Assembly (NCBI RefSeq): GCF_026210795.1
Contig: NC_089429.1
Coordinates: forward strand, 5,270,001 to 5,334,000
From: Rhizophagus irregularis
Taxonomy: Eukaryota
Direction of reading: 5' to 3'
Length of the DNA stretch: 64,000 bases
Below the pieces are notes generated by a model that worked only from the letters and a program-made list of their open reading frames with translations, had not been told where the DNA came from and did no database searches. Shown here one piece after another: positions 41,914 through 53,472 of this stretch. Numbering within the stretch: the first letter of the stretch is position 1; every line of letters starts with the position of its first letter. The translations under genes and the position numbers were made by a program.

Positions 41914-44900
41914 ATGGCAAGCAATTCCGGTATTAATGAAGATAAACAGATTCAGTGGCTTGAAAATGGCATCGTTGAAAATTATATTAATTACTATGAT
42001 TACAATGAATTTAAGGATTTTCAATGTATAGGTTCTGGAGGATTTAGTAAAGTTTATCGAGCTACTTTGAAGAATTCAGATACTGTCATTGCATTAAAAT
42101 GTATTAAAAATAATAATCTTTTTATAAAAGAAATTGTTAATGAGGTATGTTCACATATTGATATTTAATTTAAGAGACTTTATAGATCGCACGGAATGCA
42201 ATCGGGAGAGGTAAATAGATAAACTGTACTGTACGAAAATATTTTGGCCAATCATAACTCATTGTATACTTTTCAGATTTTTTTTATTTATCGTACAATA
42301 AAATCTGATTGGTGAGTTTTCACTTCGTACAGTACAGTTTATATATATACCCATTGTACCAAATGGGCTCATCCATATATAATTGGCTCTAGATTGGCTT
42401 AAATTTGGATTATTTAATTTGAGCTAATTTCGAGCCAATGAGCCCGTTTGGTATAAATTTATACAAAAACTATTTACTGGGATACTCAATTGGGAGGATA
42501 TTATTTATTGCAATATGTTACATCCTTTTATATTTTAACTTTATTTTTATGTTAGAAATTTAGATCTTTTTTTTCACCATTTATTATCATATAATAATCA
42601 AAAACCCAATAATTAAAGTACGTTTTTCTATTTAGATAAAATTATTGCAAAAAGTCAATCTTCATGTTAACATTATTAAATTTTTTGGTATTACTAAAAA
42701 AAAAAGTAGGTATTATTTTTTCAATGATTTTTTAAAGGAATAAATATATTAATAAAATTTTTATATATTATATTTTAGATAATGAAGATACAAATTATTT
42801 ACTCATTCTTGAATATGCAGATAGTGGTACATTGGGAGAATTTTTAAAAAATAATTTCAGTAGATTAGATTGGAATATGAAGTTACAGTTTGCTATCCAA
42901 ATTGCTGATGCAGTATCATGTTTACATGAAAATGATATTATTCATTGTGACCTAGTAAGTACTAGTATTTTATAATTTATCTATATCTTTACGCGTAGTA
43001 ATATCCTAATTTACTTTATAAAAAAATAGCATTCAGACAATATATTGGTTCATCAAAATATGCTCAAATTAGCAGATTTCGGACATTCACATAGATTGGC
43101 TGAAGTGTCAACTCAAAAAGACATTGTTGGAGTATTACCTTATATTGACCCACAATTTTTTCAAACACAAACAAGTAATAATAAAAGTTATTGTTATAAG
43201 CCAAATAAAAAATCGGATATATACAGTATCGGCGTACTTTTGTGGGAGATATCATCTGGATATAAACCATTTAAATCTTATAATTCTTACCAAAGGAATA
43301 AATTATTATTGGAAATATTAGATGGAAAAAGAGAAACTCCAATTCCTAATACACCAATTGATTATATTAATATTTATACAAGTATTAATGTTTAATATAT
43401 GTTTAATTTATATTTGTTATTTATTAATAATAATACTAATTCTTTTTTATTTTCAATGTATTTTTAGAATGCTGGGAAATCAATCCAAACAATAGACTGG
43501 ATATACAGCAAGTATTATCTCTCCTAAAATTAATTAATATCGATTTAAATGAGATTATTATCAATGAAATAATATCACAATACGAACATTCTATTCAAAA
43601 TAAAGTTGATAAAAAAGATATTGCACAATTAATAAAAATACATTTAATAATTAAAAATACAAATGAACATGAAATATTTAAATACCTATTAGATAATAAT
43701 GATAAGCAGCAAAACATTCAAGTTTTAGCAATTTTTTATTGTTATGGAATAGGAACTGAAAAAAATGAAAACAAAGCATTTGAATTATATAAAGAAGCAG
43801 CTGAAAAGGGTCAAATTAATGCGATTAATTATCTTGGATATTACTATCAACATGGAATAGGAACGGAAAAAAATGAAAATATAGCATTTGAACTATTTAA
43901 AAAAGCAGCTGAAAAAGGTGTTATTAATGCAATTTATAACCTTGGATATTGTTTTCAATATGGAATAGGAACTAAAAAAAATGAAAACAAAGCATTTAAA
44001 TCATATAAAGTAGCTGCTGAAAAAGAAGACATTGATGCAATAAATAATTTTGGAGAATGCTATTATTATGGAATAGGAACCGAAAAAGATAAAATTAAAG
44101 CATTTGAATTATATAAAAGAGCAGCTGAAAAAGGTCAAATAAAGGCAATCAGTAATCTTGGATATTGTTATCAAAATGGAATAGGAACTGAAAAAGATAA
44201 AATTAAAGCATTTGAATTATATAAAGAAGCAGCTGAAAGGGGGGATATTGATGCAATACATAATCTTGCAAACTGTTATGAAAATGGAATAGGAACTGAA
44301 AAAAACAAAATTAGAGCATTTGAATTATATAAAGAAGTAGTATCTAAAAAAGGAGATATTGATGCAATATATAATCTTGCAAACTGTTATGAAAATGGAA
44401 TAGGAACTGAAAAAAACAAAATTAGAGCATTTGAATTATATAAAGAAGTAGCTAAAAAAGGTGATATTAATGCAATAAATAAACTTGGAAAATACTATTA
44501 TTATGGAATAGGAACCGAAAAAAATAAAATTAAAGCATTTGAACTATATAAAGAAGCAGCTGAAAAAGAAAATATTGATGCAATATATAATATTGCCAAC
44601 TGTTATGAAATGGAATAGGAACTGAAAAAGATGAAATTAAAGCATTTGATATGTATAAGAAAGCAGCTGGAGAAGGTCAAATAAAGGCAATCAATGATCT
44701 TGGAAAATGCTATTATTGTGGAATAGGAACTGAAAAAGATGAAATTAAAGCATTCAAACTGTATGAAAAGGCAGCTGAAAAAGGTCAAATAAGTGCAATT
44801 AACAATCTTGGATATTGTTATGAAAATGGAATAGGAACTGATAAAGATGAAATTAAAGCATTTGAATTATATAAAGAAGCAGCTGAAAAGGAAGACATTT

Positions 44901-47182
44901 ATGCAATATACAATCTTGCAAACTGTTATGAAAATGGAATAGGAACTGAAAAAAATAAAATTAAGGCATTTGAATTATGTAAAGCAGCAGCTGAAAAAGG
45001 AGATATTGATGCAATAAATAAACTTGGAGAATGCTATTATTATGGAATAGGAACGGAAAAAGATAAAATTGAAGCATTTGAATTATACAAAAAAGCAGCT
45101 GAAAAAGGTCAAATAAAGGCAACCAGTAATCTTGGATATTGTTATCAAAATGGAATAGGAACTGAAAAAAATGAAATTAAAGCATTTGAATTATATAAAG
45201 AAGCAGCTGAAAGGGGGGATATTGATGCAATATGTAATCTTGCAAACTGTTATGAAAATAGAATAGGAACTGAAAAAAATAAAATTAGAGCATTTGAATT
45301 ATATAAAGAAGTAGTATCTAAAGAAGGAGATATTGATGCAATATATAATCTTGCAAACTGTTATAAAAATGGAATAGGAACTGAAAAAGATGAAATTAAA
45401 GCATTTAAACTGTATGAAGAAGCAGCTGAAAAAGGCCAAATAAAGGCAATCAATAATCTTGGATATTGTTATCAAAATGGAATAGGAACTGAAAAAAATA
45501 AAATTAGAGCCTTTGAACTGTATAAAAAAGCAGCTAGAAAAGGTCAAATGAGTGCAATTAACAATCCTGGATATTGTTATGAAAATGGAATAGGAATTCA
45601 AAAAGATAAAATTATAGCATTTAAATTATATAATGAAGCAGCTAAAAAAGGAGATATTGATGCAATAAATAATCTTGGAGAATGCTATTCTTATGGAATA
45701 GGAACTGAAAATGATGAAATTAGAGCATTTAAATTATTCGAAAGAGCAGCTAAAAAAGGTCAAATAAAGGCGATTAACAATCTTGGAGAATGCTATTATT
45801 ATGGAATGGGAATTGAAAAAGATGAGATTAAAGCATTTGAACTGTATGGGAAAGCTGTTGAAAAAGGTCAAATAAAAGCAATCAGTAATCTTGGATATTG
45901 TTATCAATATGGAATAGGAACTAAAAAAGATAAAATTAAAGCATTTAGATTATATAAAGAAGCAGCTGAAAAAGGAGATATTGATGCAATATATAATCTT
46001 GCAGACTGTTATGAAAATGGAATAGGAGCTGAAAAAGATGAAATTAAAGCATTTGGACTATATAAAGAAGCAGCTGAAAAAGGAGACAATGATGCAATAA
46101 ATAATCTTGGATATTGCTATCAAAATGGAATAGGAACTAAAAAAAACATTGTTAAAGCATTTAAATTATATAATGAAGCGGCTGAGAAAGAAGATATAGA
46201 TGTAATATATAATATTGCAGATTGTTATGAAAATGGAATAGGAACTCAAAAAGATAAAATCAAGGCATTTGAATTATATAAAGAAGCAGCTGAAAAAGAA
46301 GATATTGATGCAATAAATAATCTTGGAGAATGCTATTATTATGGAATAGGAACTGAAAATAATGAAATTAGAGCATTTGAATTGTATGAAAAAGCAGCTG
46401 AAAAAGGTCAAATAAGAGCAATCAATAATCTTGGGTATTGTTATCAAAATGGAATAGGAACTGAAAAAGATAAAATTAAAGCATTTGAATTATATAAAGA
46501 AGCAGCAGAAAAAGGAGATATTGCTGCAATAAATAATCTTGCAAACTGTTATGAAAATGGAATAGGAACTGAAAAGGATAAAATTAGAGCATTTAAATTA
46601 TATAAAGAAGCAGCAGAAAAAGGAGATATTGCTGCAATAAATAATCTTGCAAACTGTTATGAAAATGGAATAGGAACTGAAAAGGATAAAATTAGAGCAT
46701 TTAAATTATATAAAGAAGCAGCTGATAAAGGAGATATTAATGCAATATATAATATTGCAAACTGTTATGAAAATGGAGTAGGAACTGAAAAAAGTGAAAT
46801 TAAAGCATTTGGATTATATAAAAAAGCAGAAATAGAAGGTGATATTATTTCAATAAATAAACTTGCAAGTTATTATAAAAATGGAATTGGAACTGAAAAA
46901 GATGAATATAAAGCATTTGAATTATATAAGAAAGCATCTGATAAAGGAGACATTGATTCAATATATCATCTTGGATATTACTATCAACACGGAATAGGAA
47001 CTGAGAAGAATGAAATTAAGGCATTTAGGTTGTATGAGGAAGCAGCTGGAGAAGGTCATATTAATTCAATGCACAAGCTTATATATTGCTATTCTAATGG
47101 AATAGGAACTGAAAAAAATGAAATTAAAGCACAAGAATTATACAATGAATTAAATGTAATTGGTTACATATTCTATGAATAA
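41914..47182 (+). CDS. Protein kinase + very long Sel1-like repeat array (about 30 repeats); 5 exons; 1-bp frameshift near 44608
   Basis: [25 protein letters not shown] and [13 protein letters not shown]. The last exon starts near 43469 and has 108-bp repeats. One unit reads tgttatgaaatgg where the others read tgttatgaaaatgg. Confidence 0.88.
42221..42340. mobile_element. MITE in intron 1 of the kinase-Sel1 gene; a second small element follows at about 42356-42454
   Basis: aaactgtactgtacgaa...ttcgtacagtacagttt TIRs. The second element has taccaaatgggctcat...atgagcccgtttggta. Confidence 0.75.
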
Positions 47183-48224
47183 TAATAAAATTTGGATATT
47201 ACAGTACCTATATAAGTTAGTAAGACGTAATGTTGAATATGATGATTCTTCTCAAACAAAATTAAAATAATAGAAAGAAAAAAGTGGAACTTAGATAGAA
47301 AATTATTCTATACAAGTGTTGTTTAAGGTTACTCAATTTTAAATGTATTAACATGCTTTTATAATTAATTTTATTCTTAAAGATCATGTGAAATTAGAAG
47401 TTACTAGGGTTCGATATAAACATAATAAAGTGCATTTTCCCAAATTTTTTAGTGATTTTAATACGAGCATTTATTATTCGATTTTAAATTATAATTTTAA
47501 ATTCTGCAAATTTATAATATTATAAACTTCAATAATTTAAACATTAAAAACATTAGTCGTTATGGAAAAGAAATTTTTTATTTTGTTCAAAAATTTACAT
47601 AATATTCGGATAATGTTCGGATAATGTCTTGTTTCAGTATATTTTCCGGATATTTTACTACATTATCGAAATTATATATGGTGGCTGTCACCTATAAACA
47701 ACAATAGTCCGAAATTTTGAAATTTATTTATTTATATTGTGTAACTTATGTTTTAAAGTACTTTGTCAAAATATTAATTGCCGCGTGAGCGGCAAAATTT
47801 TTTTTTTGCCATATTACATGGAATTCTTGTAGATTTCCATGGAATTTTTGTAAAATCCATAAAAATTACATGAAAACTAGTCCGAAATTTTATATTTTTA
47901 TTATTGCTACTTCATCAGGAAGTCACGGGAAAAATGTTCATCAAATGTACATCAATCACTTGATGTACATCATAAAGAAACGCTGAACATCGGACCCTGC
48001 AATGTACTACCGATGTCACAATATTTGATGTGCATCACCTAATTTTAATGTCCATTAACGATGTACATTATTTAAAGATAATAAACATCATATTAAATTT
48101 ATAATATTATTGAATTTATTTTATTAAATACACTATAACAATCTATATACATTAAATTACACTATAACAACTAATCTACTGTATATACTAAAGTCTATTA
48201 AATTAACTCAATACTCTGGGACAA

Positions 48225-50604
48225 AGAAAAGTTTCGAAGTTATTCTTCGAAACTTACCAATCTTCATGTCCAGGAAATACAACCTACAATAAAAAGATAA
48301 AAGTATTAATAAAAAAAAATTAATTTAATTAAAAAGTTTCGAAGTGAAACTTCAAAACTTACCAATCTGTTAAGATTCGTATATACTTACGAATCTTGGC
48401 CTTCTTTTTCCATTCTTCAGAAACCCACCCGAGACCTAAAAAAAAGAAAAAGAACGGTTAGTAACCGTTCATAATAATAATAAAATAATAATAATAAAAA
48501 CCAAGATTCGTATATACTTATGAATCTTGGTTCCTTCTTTCGGTTCTTTGGAAACCCACCCAAATCTATGAAAAAAAGAAAAGGAACGGTTAGTAACCGT
48601 TCATAATATTAAAAAAAAGAAAAAAAAAACTAAGATTCGGAATAATACTTACGAATCTTAGTTCTTTTACATTATTCAGAAGCCCACCCGAGATCTATAT
48701 AAAAAGTAAAAGAACAGTTAGTAACCGTTCCATAACATTAAAAAAAAATCTAAGATTCATAAGATAGAATACTTACGAATCTTAATAAAGGTTCTCCTTT
48801 TTCCATTCTTTGGAAATCCATCTGAGACCTGGTACATTTACCTCTTCATAGTCATCGCTAACCCAAAGAGGAATCGGAGTACCCATTTTAAGCCAAAAGA
48901 ATGGTACTTTACTTGAAAAAAAAAGAAAAAGAATGGTTAGAAACCGTCCATAATAACAAAAAAAAAAATAATAAAAATTTAAAGATTCGTACCGTCTTTA
49001 CGAATTTTTGAGTTTTCTGTTCTTTGGAAGCCCACCTGAAACCTAAAAAATAAAAGAAAAGAACGGTTAGAAACCGTTCATAATAATAAAATAAAAATAA
49101 AAATAAACCAAAATTCGTACTACTGATTCTTGGTTTTTTCCGTTCTTCGGAAGATACTTGAGACACCCAAGTAAAGATGGTCATCGGTCCTAAAAGACCG
49201 CGGTCCTACGGTCCTACACCATAAAAAGACGGACCGGTCCGTCTTAGTGTAGGACCGTGGTCTTTCGGTCCTGTATCACATATAATAAGACCGTCGGTCT
49301 TTTTAAGAACCGCAGTCTTTTTAAGACCGATCAGTCTTTTTTCTTTTTTTTTTACAAATAAAAAAATTTTTTTCCTTAACTTTATTAGGAATAGCCTTGT
49401 TTTATAAATATTGAACACTAATCGGGATGTTTTTAAATATACAAATTTTTTTTTACAAATGATCATCACATGCGTCATGCACTTACTATTATTGTATTGG
49501 TGATAATAATCGTGATATCTCGCCATCCAGTGATTATAAAAATATGAAACTACCACCATTCGAATCGTCTCAATGAGGCGCGTCGAATGGTATCAAAATC
49601 ATTATTTTATAATCAATAGAAAAAAATTTACATCGGCAAAACTATTTTATAACAAATTCAATAATTTCCAGCTATCTATCGATCCTGGAAATATGATTTA
49701 GCCACCATTCGACGCATCTCGTTGAGACGATTCGAATGGTAGTGGTTTCATCGTTTTATGATCACTGGATGACGAGATATTCCGCTTAAACGCTTTTTTT
49801 GGAGTTAGCGTTTTGACAGGCAACTCTACAAGTGGGGAGAAGTGATTGTCATTGTTTATTGGTTTAGAATTGGTCGGTCTTTATATTATTTTATAAAGAC
49901 CTTCATCAGATTAATAGATTTATTCAATATAAAAATCATTTATTATATGAAGACCGATATGAGGACTGGTCGGTCCTCGGGACCGGTCCTACTGCGCCAC
50001 AAAAAAATGCAAGACCGCGGTCTGGTCCTACAAGTCCCGGGACCGACCGGTCCAGGACCGAGTAGGACCGGTAGGACCGATGACCATCCTTACACTCAAG
50101 ACCTAAAAAAAAGAAAAAGAATGGTTAGTAAACCGTTCATAATATTAAAAAAAATCTAAGGTTCGTAATATAATACTTACAAACCTTAGTTCTCCTTTTT
50201 CCGATCTTCGGAAGTCCACTCGATCCTATAAAAAAAAGAAAGAACGGTTAGTAAACCGTTCCATAAAATAAAAGAAAAAATAAATAAACCAAGATAAGAA
50301 TCTTGGTTCTAACAAAATCACCTTCCTCCATCCCCCTTTCTACGCGTCAGTCCTACAAAATAAAATAATTAAAGAAACGTTAGTTCATTTCTCATATTTA
50401 AAATAAAAAAATTCCCTTTCCCCATTTTTTACTTTAAAGTCTGGTTTCATATTCAAGCTGGCGTCCTATTACGCGTCCTACAAAAAAAAATTATGAAAAG
50501 AAACGTTAGTTCGTTTCTTAAATTTAAAATAACAAAAAACTCTCCCCCTTTTTCCTGTTCTTACTACCTTAAAGTCCAGTTTCGTAGTATTCAAGCCGGT
50601 CGTC
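48225..50604 (-). repeat. Tandem array of about 125-130 bp units, each a micro-exon plus intron on the minus strand, with two hairpins per unit
   Basis: Recurrent aagattcgtatatacttacgaatctt and gaacggttagtaaccgttc palindromes. The minus strand reads GTAAGT...ACTAAC...(T)nAG. Confidence 0.75.
49172..50092. mobile_element. Non-autonomous hAT-like DNA transposon (921 bp) with an 8-bp target-site duplication
   Basis: TIR taaagatggtcatcggtcct vs taaggatggtcatcggtcct (reverse complement of right end). TSD cacccaag (49164-49171) vs cactcaag (50093-50100). Subterminal ggaccg repeats. Confidence 0.88.
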
Positions 50605-51101
50605 AGGCTGGATGTGAGTGGTGCTAGCACCACCCACCTCCGGGTCTACGACCCGTCGCAGTACCTATATGGCCCCTACGGGGCTCAGGAATCCCCCATA
50701 GATCCTCCACAATCTGGGACAACATATGGAACAAATATATATACCAAATAACTAGAAAACAATAGAAAAGAAAGGAATAACGGATATAATGAGAGGGTTG
50801 TCCCAGATGTGGCAGATGTGGCAGATGTTTCAGAAAAAATATGAGAGGACATCCCCCCAGAAAAAGTTTTATTTTTATCCCCCAGATCCACCACATCCGG
50901 AACGTCTGGAACAAGTCAGGATTCCGTCTATTCATCTGTTGGAAGCAGTGAGACAGCAAACCATGTAAGTTAGCAGGTAAGCCCCTAGAAGGTCTATAGA
51001 GCCAGTAAGACCAACCCCGTCCCATCCCCGTCAGAAAAAATAAGTAATTGAACAATGGGTATTGAGAATAGAGCATATCCAGATAAGTTTAGAAGACAGT
51101 A

Positions 51102-51422
51102 CTAATCCGTCTTCCTCTTTTTTGCCTCTTTAAGGCATTTATCAATACACTGTTTACAAGCGTCATCAGAATCTAAGATTTTCTGTCCAAGTTTTTTGCA
51201 TTGCCGATTGTAAGCCGTCTGCTGTCTCTTAGCAGCGGTTTCTTTCTTTTTCTCCTTAGTCTTCTTCTTGATCACCCAGTCTATTCCAGTAAAAGTATTC
51301 TTATGCATACCACAAATTGTGCAGTCACCATGCAGTCGGTAACGCCCATTTGTAGTCATATCTTGTATTTCACTAGCTGTCTCAGTTTCCTTCTTGCACT
51401 TTAGGCAGTAAAAACGTGTCAT
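51102..51422 (-). CDS. Small zinc-ribbon protein, DUF5679-like
   Basis: FYCLKCKKETET...TTNGRYRLHGDCTICGMHKNTF has a CxxC...CxxCG pattern seen in Polinton-type and large DNA virus proteins. Confidence 0.7.
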   Translation of the reverse strand: MTRFYCLKCKKETETASEIQDMTTNGRYRLHGDCTICGMHKNTFTGIDWVIKKKTKEKKKETAAKRQQTAYNRQCKKLGQKILDSDDACKQCIDKCLKEAKKRKTD

Positions 51423-51466
51423 TTTAATATTTGAAGTCTAAAACCATTCCTTTAATTTGTCGTAAT

Positions 51467-52557
51467 ATGTCACACTTAGAAAATTACTATAAATACTACA
51501 ATCTCTCTGGAGTATCAGCACGAATTCTAAAAGGTGAAGAGCACTACAACCTATACAAAAAGCCCCTAAAGGAAAAGTCAACAGAACGCCCAAAGGTAAT
51601 TGTATGGAAACCAAATGCAACACATCAGGCAAATCTTGCAGAGATGCCAGTTGACCCAAAGGATTCCACTATTTCCTCGTAGTGGTAGAAGTCGCGGGTA
51701 AACGAGTCGACGCAGAACCCCTAAAGGATAAAACTGCAAATAGGATTCTCAATGGATTTGTTAAAATCTACAGAAGAAATCGCATTAAGCCACCAACACA
51801 TCGAATGGAGACAGACTCCGGATCAGAATTCACCAATGATCAGGTACGTGATTTTTTCTTGAACAGCCTAGGGGTGATGATGAGGTTCGGAGAACCAGAA
51901 AGACACAAACAGCAATCATACGCTGAACGAGCTATCCAAGCAATCCAGGAACCTCTCCTAAAACGAATGGTAGCACAGTAGTTGAAAACCGGGGTGACAT
52001 CCGTGGAATGGTCAGAAGATTTCCATAATATAGTGAGTAAAGTAAATGAACTCTGGCAGAGAAATCCCCCAGACATTCTGACAGGGTCACCCAAAGTGTC
52101 AAAAAAGACGGATCTCCTCTCTGAAGGAGCACGTGTCAGAGTCAAGTTAGATGAACCTATTTCTGTACTTGGTAACAAACTTCACGGAAAATTCCGTACA
52201 GGAGATATAAGATGGAACCCAAACATTCGTGTAATCAAAAAAATGATACTCTCACCCGAACAGCCTCCTATATATCTCCTTAATGGACCACATGGTCGAT
52301 TAGGTGTATCCAGATGTGCATATACCCGAAAGGAATTGCAAGTAGTTCCTATTAATGAAAAGCCTCCACCTGACTCTGTGATAAGAGGACAACCTGAAAG
52401 ATTTGTTCCTGAGCAGATACTTCGGCATCGCATTAGAAAAGGTCAAGACCAGTATTTGGTTAAGTGGGAGTGCTATCCAGACACTGAGGCTACTTGGGAA
52501 CCTGCTGACCGGTTGAAGGAGGATGTCCCTGACTTAATTCGCAAATTTTGGGAATAA
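51467..52557 (+). pseudogene. Retroviral-type (rve) DDE integrase with a C-terminal chromodomain; frameshift near 51660, stop at 51979-51981
   Basis: HQANL (expected QADL), then after the shift YFLVVVE, ETDSGSEF and YAERAI. The chromodomain is FVPEQILRHR..QYLVKWECYPDTEATWEP. Confidence 0.9.
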
Positions 52558-52581
52558 AAAAAATAGAAGAATTAAAGGGTC

Positions 52582-53472
52582 TTATTTTTTATCACCTCGA
52601 TTAGCATCAGGAACTATCGGGATAAAAACATTCTTCCCGTCACAGGTAAAGGCTATATGTTCACGTGATTCATGGACATCATAATTATAACGTTTCAGAC
52701 ACGTTCGGCTTAACCCAACCTCCCTATGCTTGTATCCATCTAAAACTGCAAGATCCTCAGTGATAGCATAATCAGGGGTAAGTTTGATTGACACTCCCTT
52801 TACCATGCCGAATGTCCTACCTGTTCCTGAAGCACCAGATATGTTGTATGGGGTCTGGTACAAAATCCCGAATGTCAAAATCCTGAAAATCCCAAACCGG
52901 GCAGCATTATGCTTAATGTTGGCCAATATTTCGGGATTTCGTACCATTCGGGATTTTGACATTCGGGATTTTGTACGGATCCCGTTGTATGTAATACTCT
53001 TGTCGATATCCAACCCTAATTCCTCAGCAGCTTCTCTCTGAATAAAAGACGCATTAGCACAAGTGTCTGCTAAACACTGAATTGCTATTCCATTAACCTC
53101 CCCATCCAGTGCTAAAAGATCTTTAGTATTCTCTAAACGAGCTATGTCAATATCCATAGGATCGTCTACCCTGATATCCTCTTCTTGTTCCTCCTCAACT
53201 AGGTCCTCCGGAATCTCTGTGACTTTTCTAGCAGACAATAACTCCTCCTGAAGAATCTCACGGAGTAATTTCCTAAAGTCTGCAGACCTTAACAGGCTTA
53301 ATAAGTCATTCTTAGTAACAGCTTTTGCAGGTATATACTTACTACCAGTAACTTTCACAGGAATCTTAACAGGGGTTGCTTTACCTTTCAATGGCACACT
53401 AGAAGAGCTAACTGCTGTCTTATTTGGGGACGACTTAAGAAGTTTTGAGATACTCGAACCTACTTTTTTTTT
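52582..53472 (-). CDS. Retropepsin-type aspartic protease in the -1 frame relative to gag; interrupted in frame by a MITE
   Basis: GEVNGIAIQCLADTCANASFIQREAAEELGL (DTG-like active site), ISGASG flap and EVGLSRTCL. The frame is open back to the A9 run at 53464-53472. Confidence 0.8.
   Translation of the reverse strand, partial: KKKVGSSISKLLKSSPNKTAVSSSSVPLKGKATPVKIPVKVTGSKYIPAKAVTKNDLLSLLRSADFRKLLREILQEELLSARKVTEIPEDLVEEEQEEDIRVDDPMDIDIARLENTKDLLALDGEVNGIAIQCLADTCANASFIQREAAEELGLDIDKSITYNGIRTKSRMSKSRMVRNPEILANIKHNAARFGIFRILTFGILYQTPYNISGASGTGRTFGMVKGVSIKLTPDYAITEDLAVLDGYKHREVGLSRTCLKRYNYDVHESREHIAFTCDGKNVFIPIVPDANRGDKK
52851..52983. mobile_element. 133-bp MITE with about 37-bp TIRs and an 8-bp TSD inside the protease gene
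   Basis: TSD gttgtatg at 52843-52850 and 52984-52991. TIR gggtctggtacaaaatcccgaatgtcaaaatcc vs gggatccgtacaaaatcccgaatgtcaaaatcc. Confidence 0.92.

Noticed and set aside
48225..50604. Palindromic repeats as a CRISPR array
   Set aside because: The intervening sequences are homologous to each other and carry spliceosomal signals. There are no cas genes.
50624..51076. 150-aa and 69-aa minus-strand ORFs at the element end
   Set aside because: They have no recognisable motifs and overlap hairpins and short repeats of a probable terminal non-coding region.
52855..52976. Protease MITE acting as a removable intron (GT...CAG on the minus strand)
   Set aside because: Splicing this 122-nt segment would leave 19 extra nt and shift the frame.
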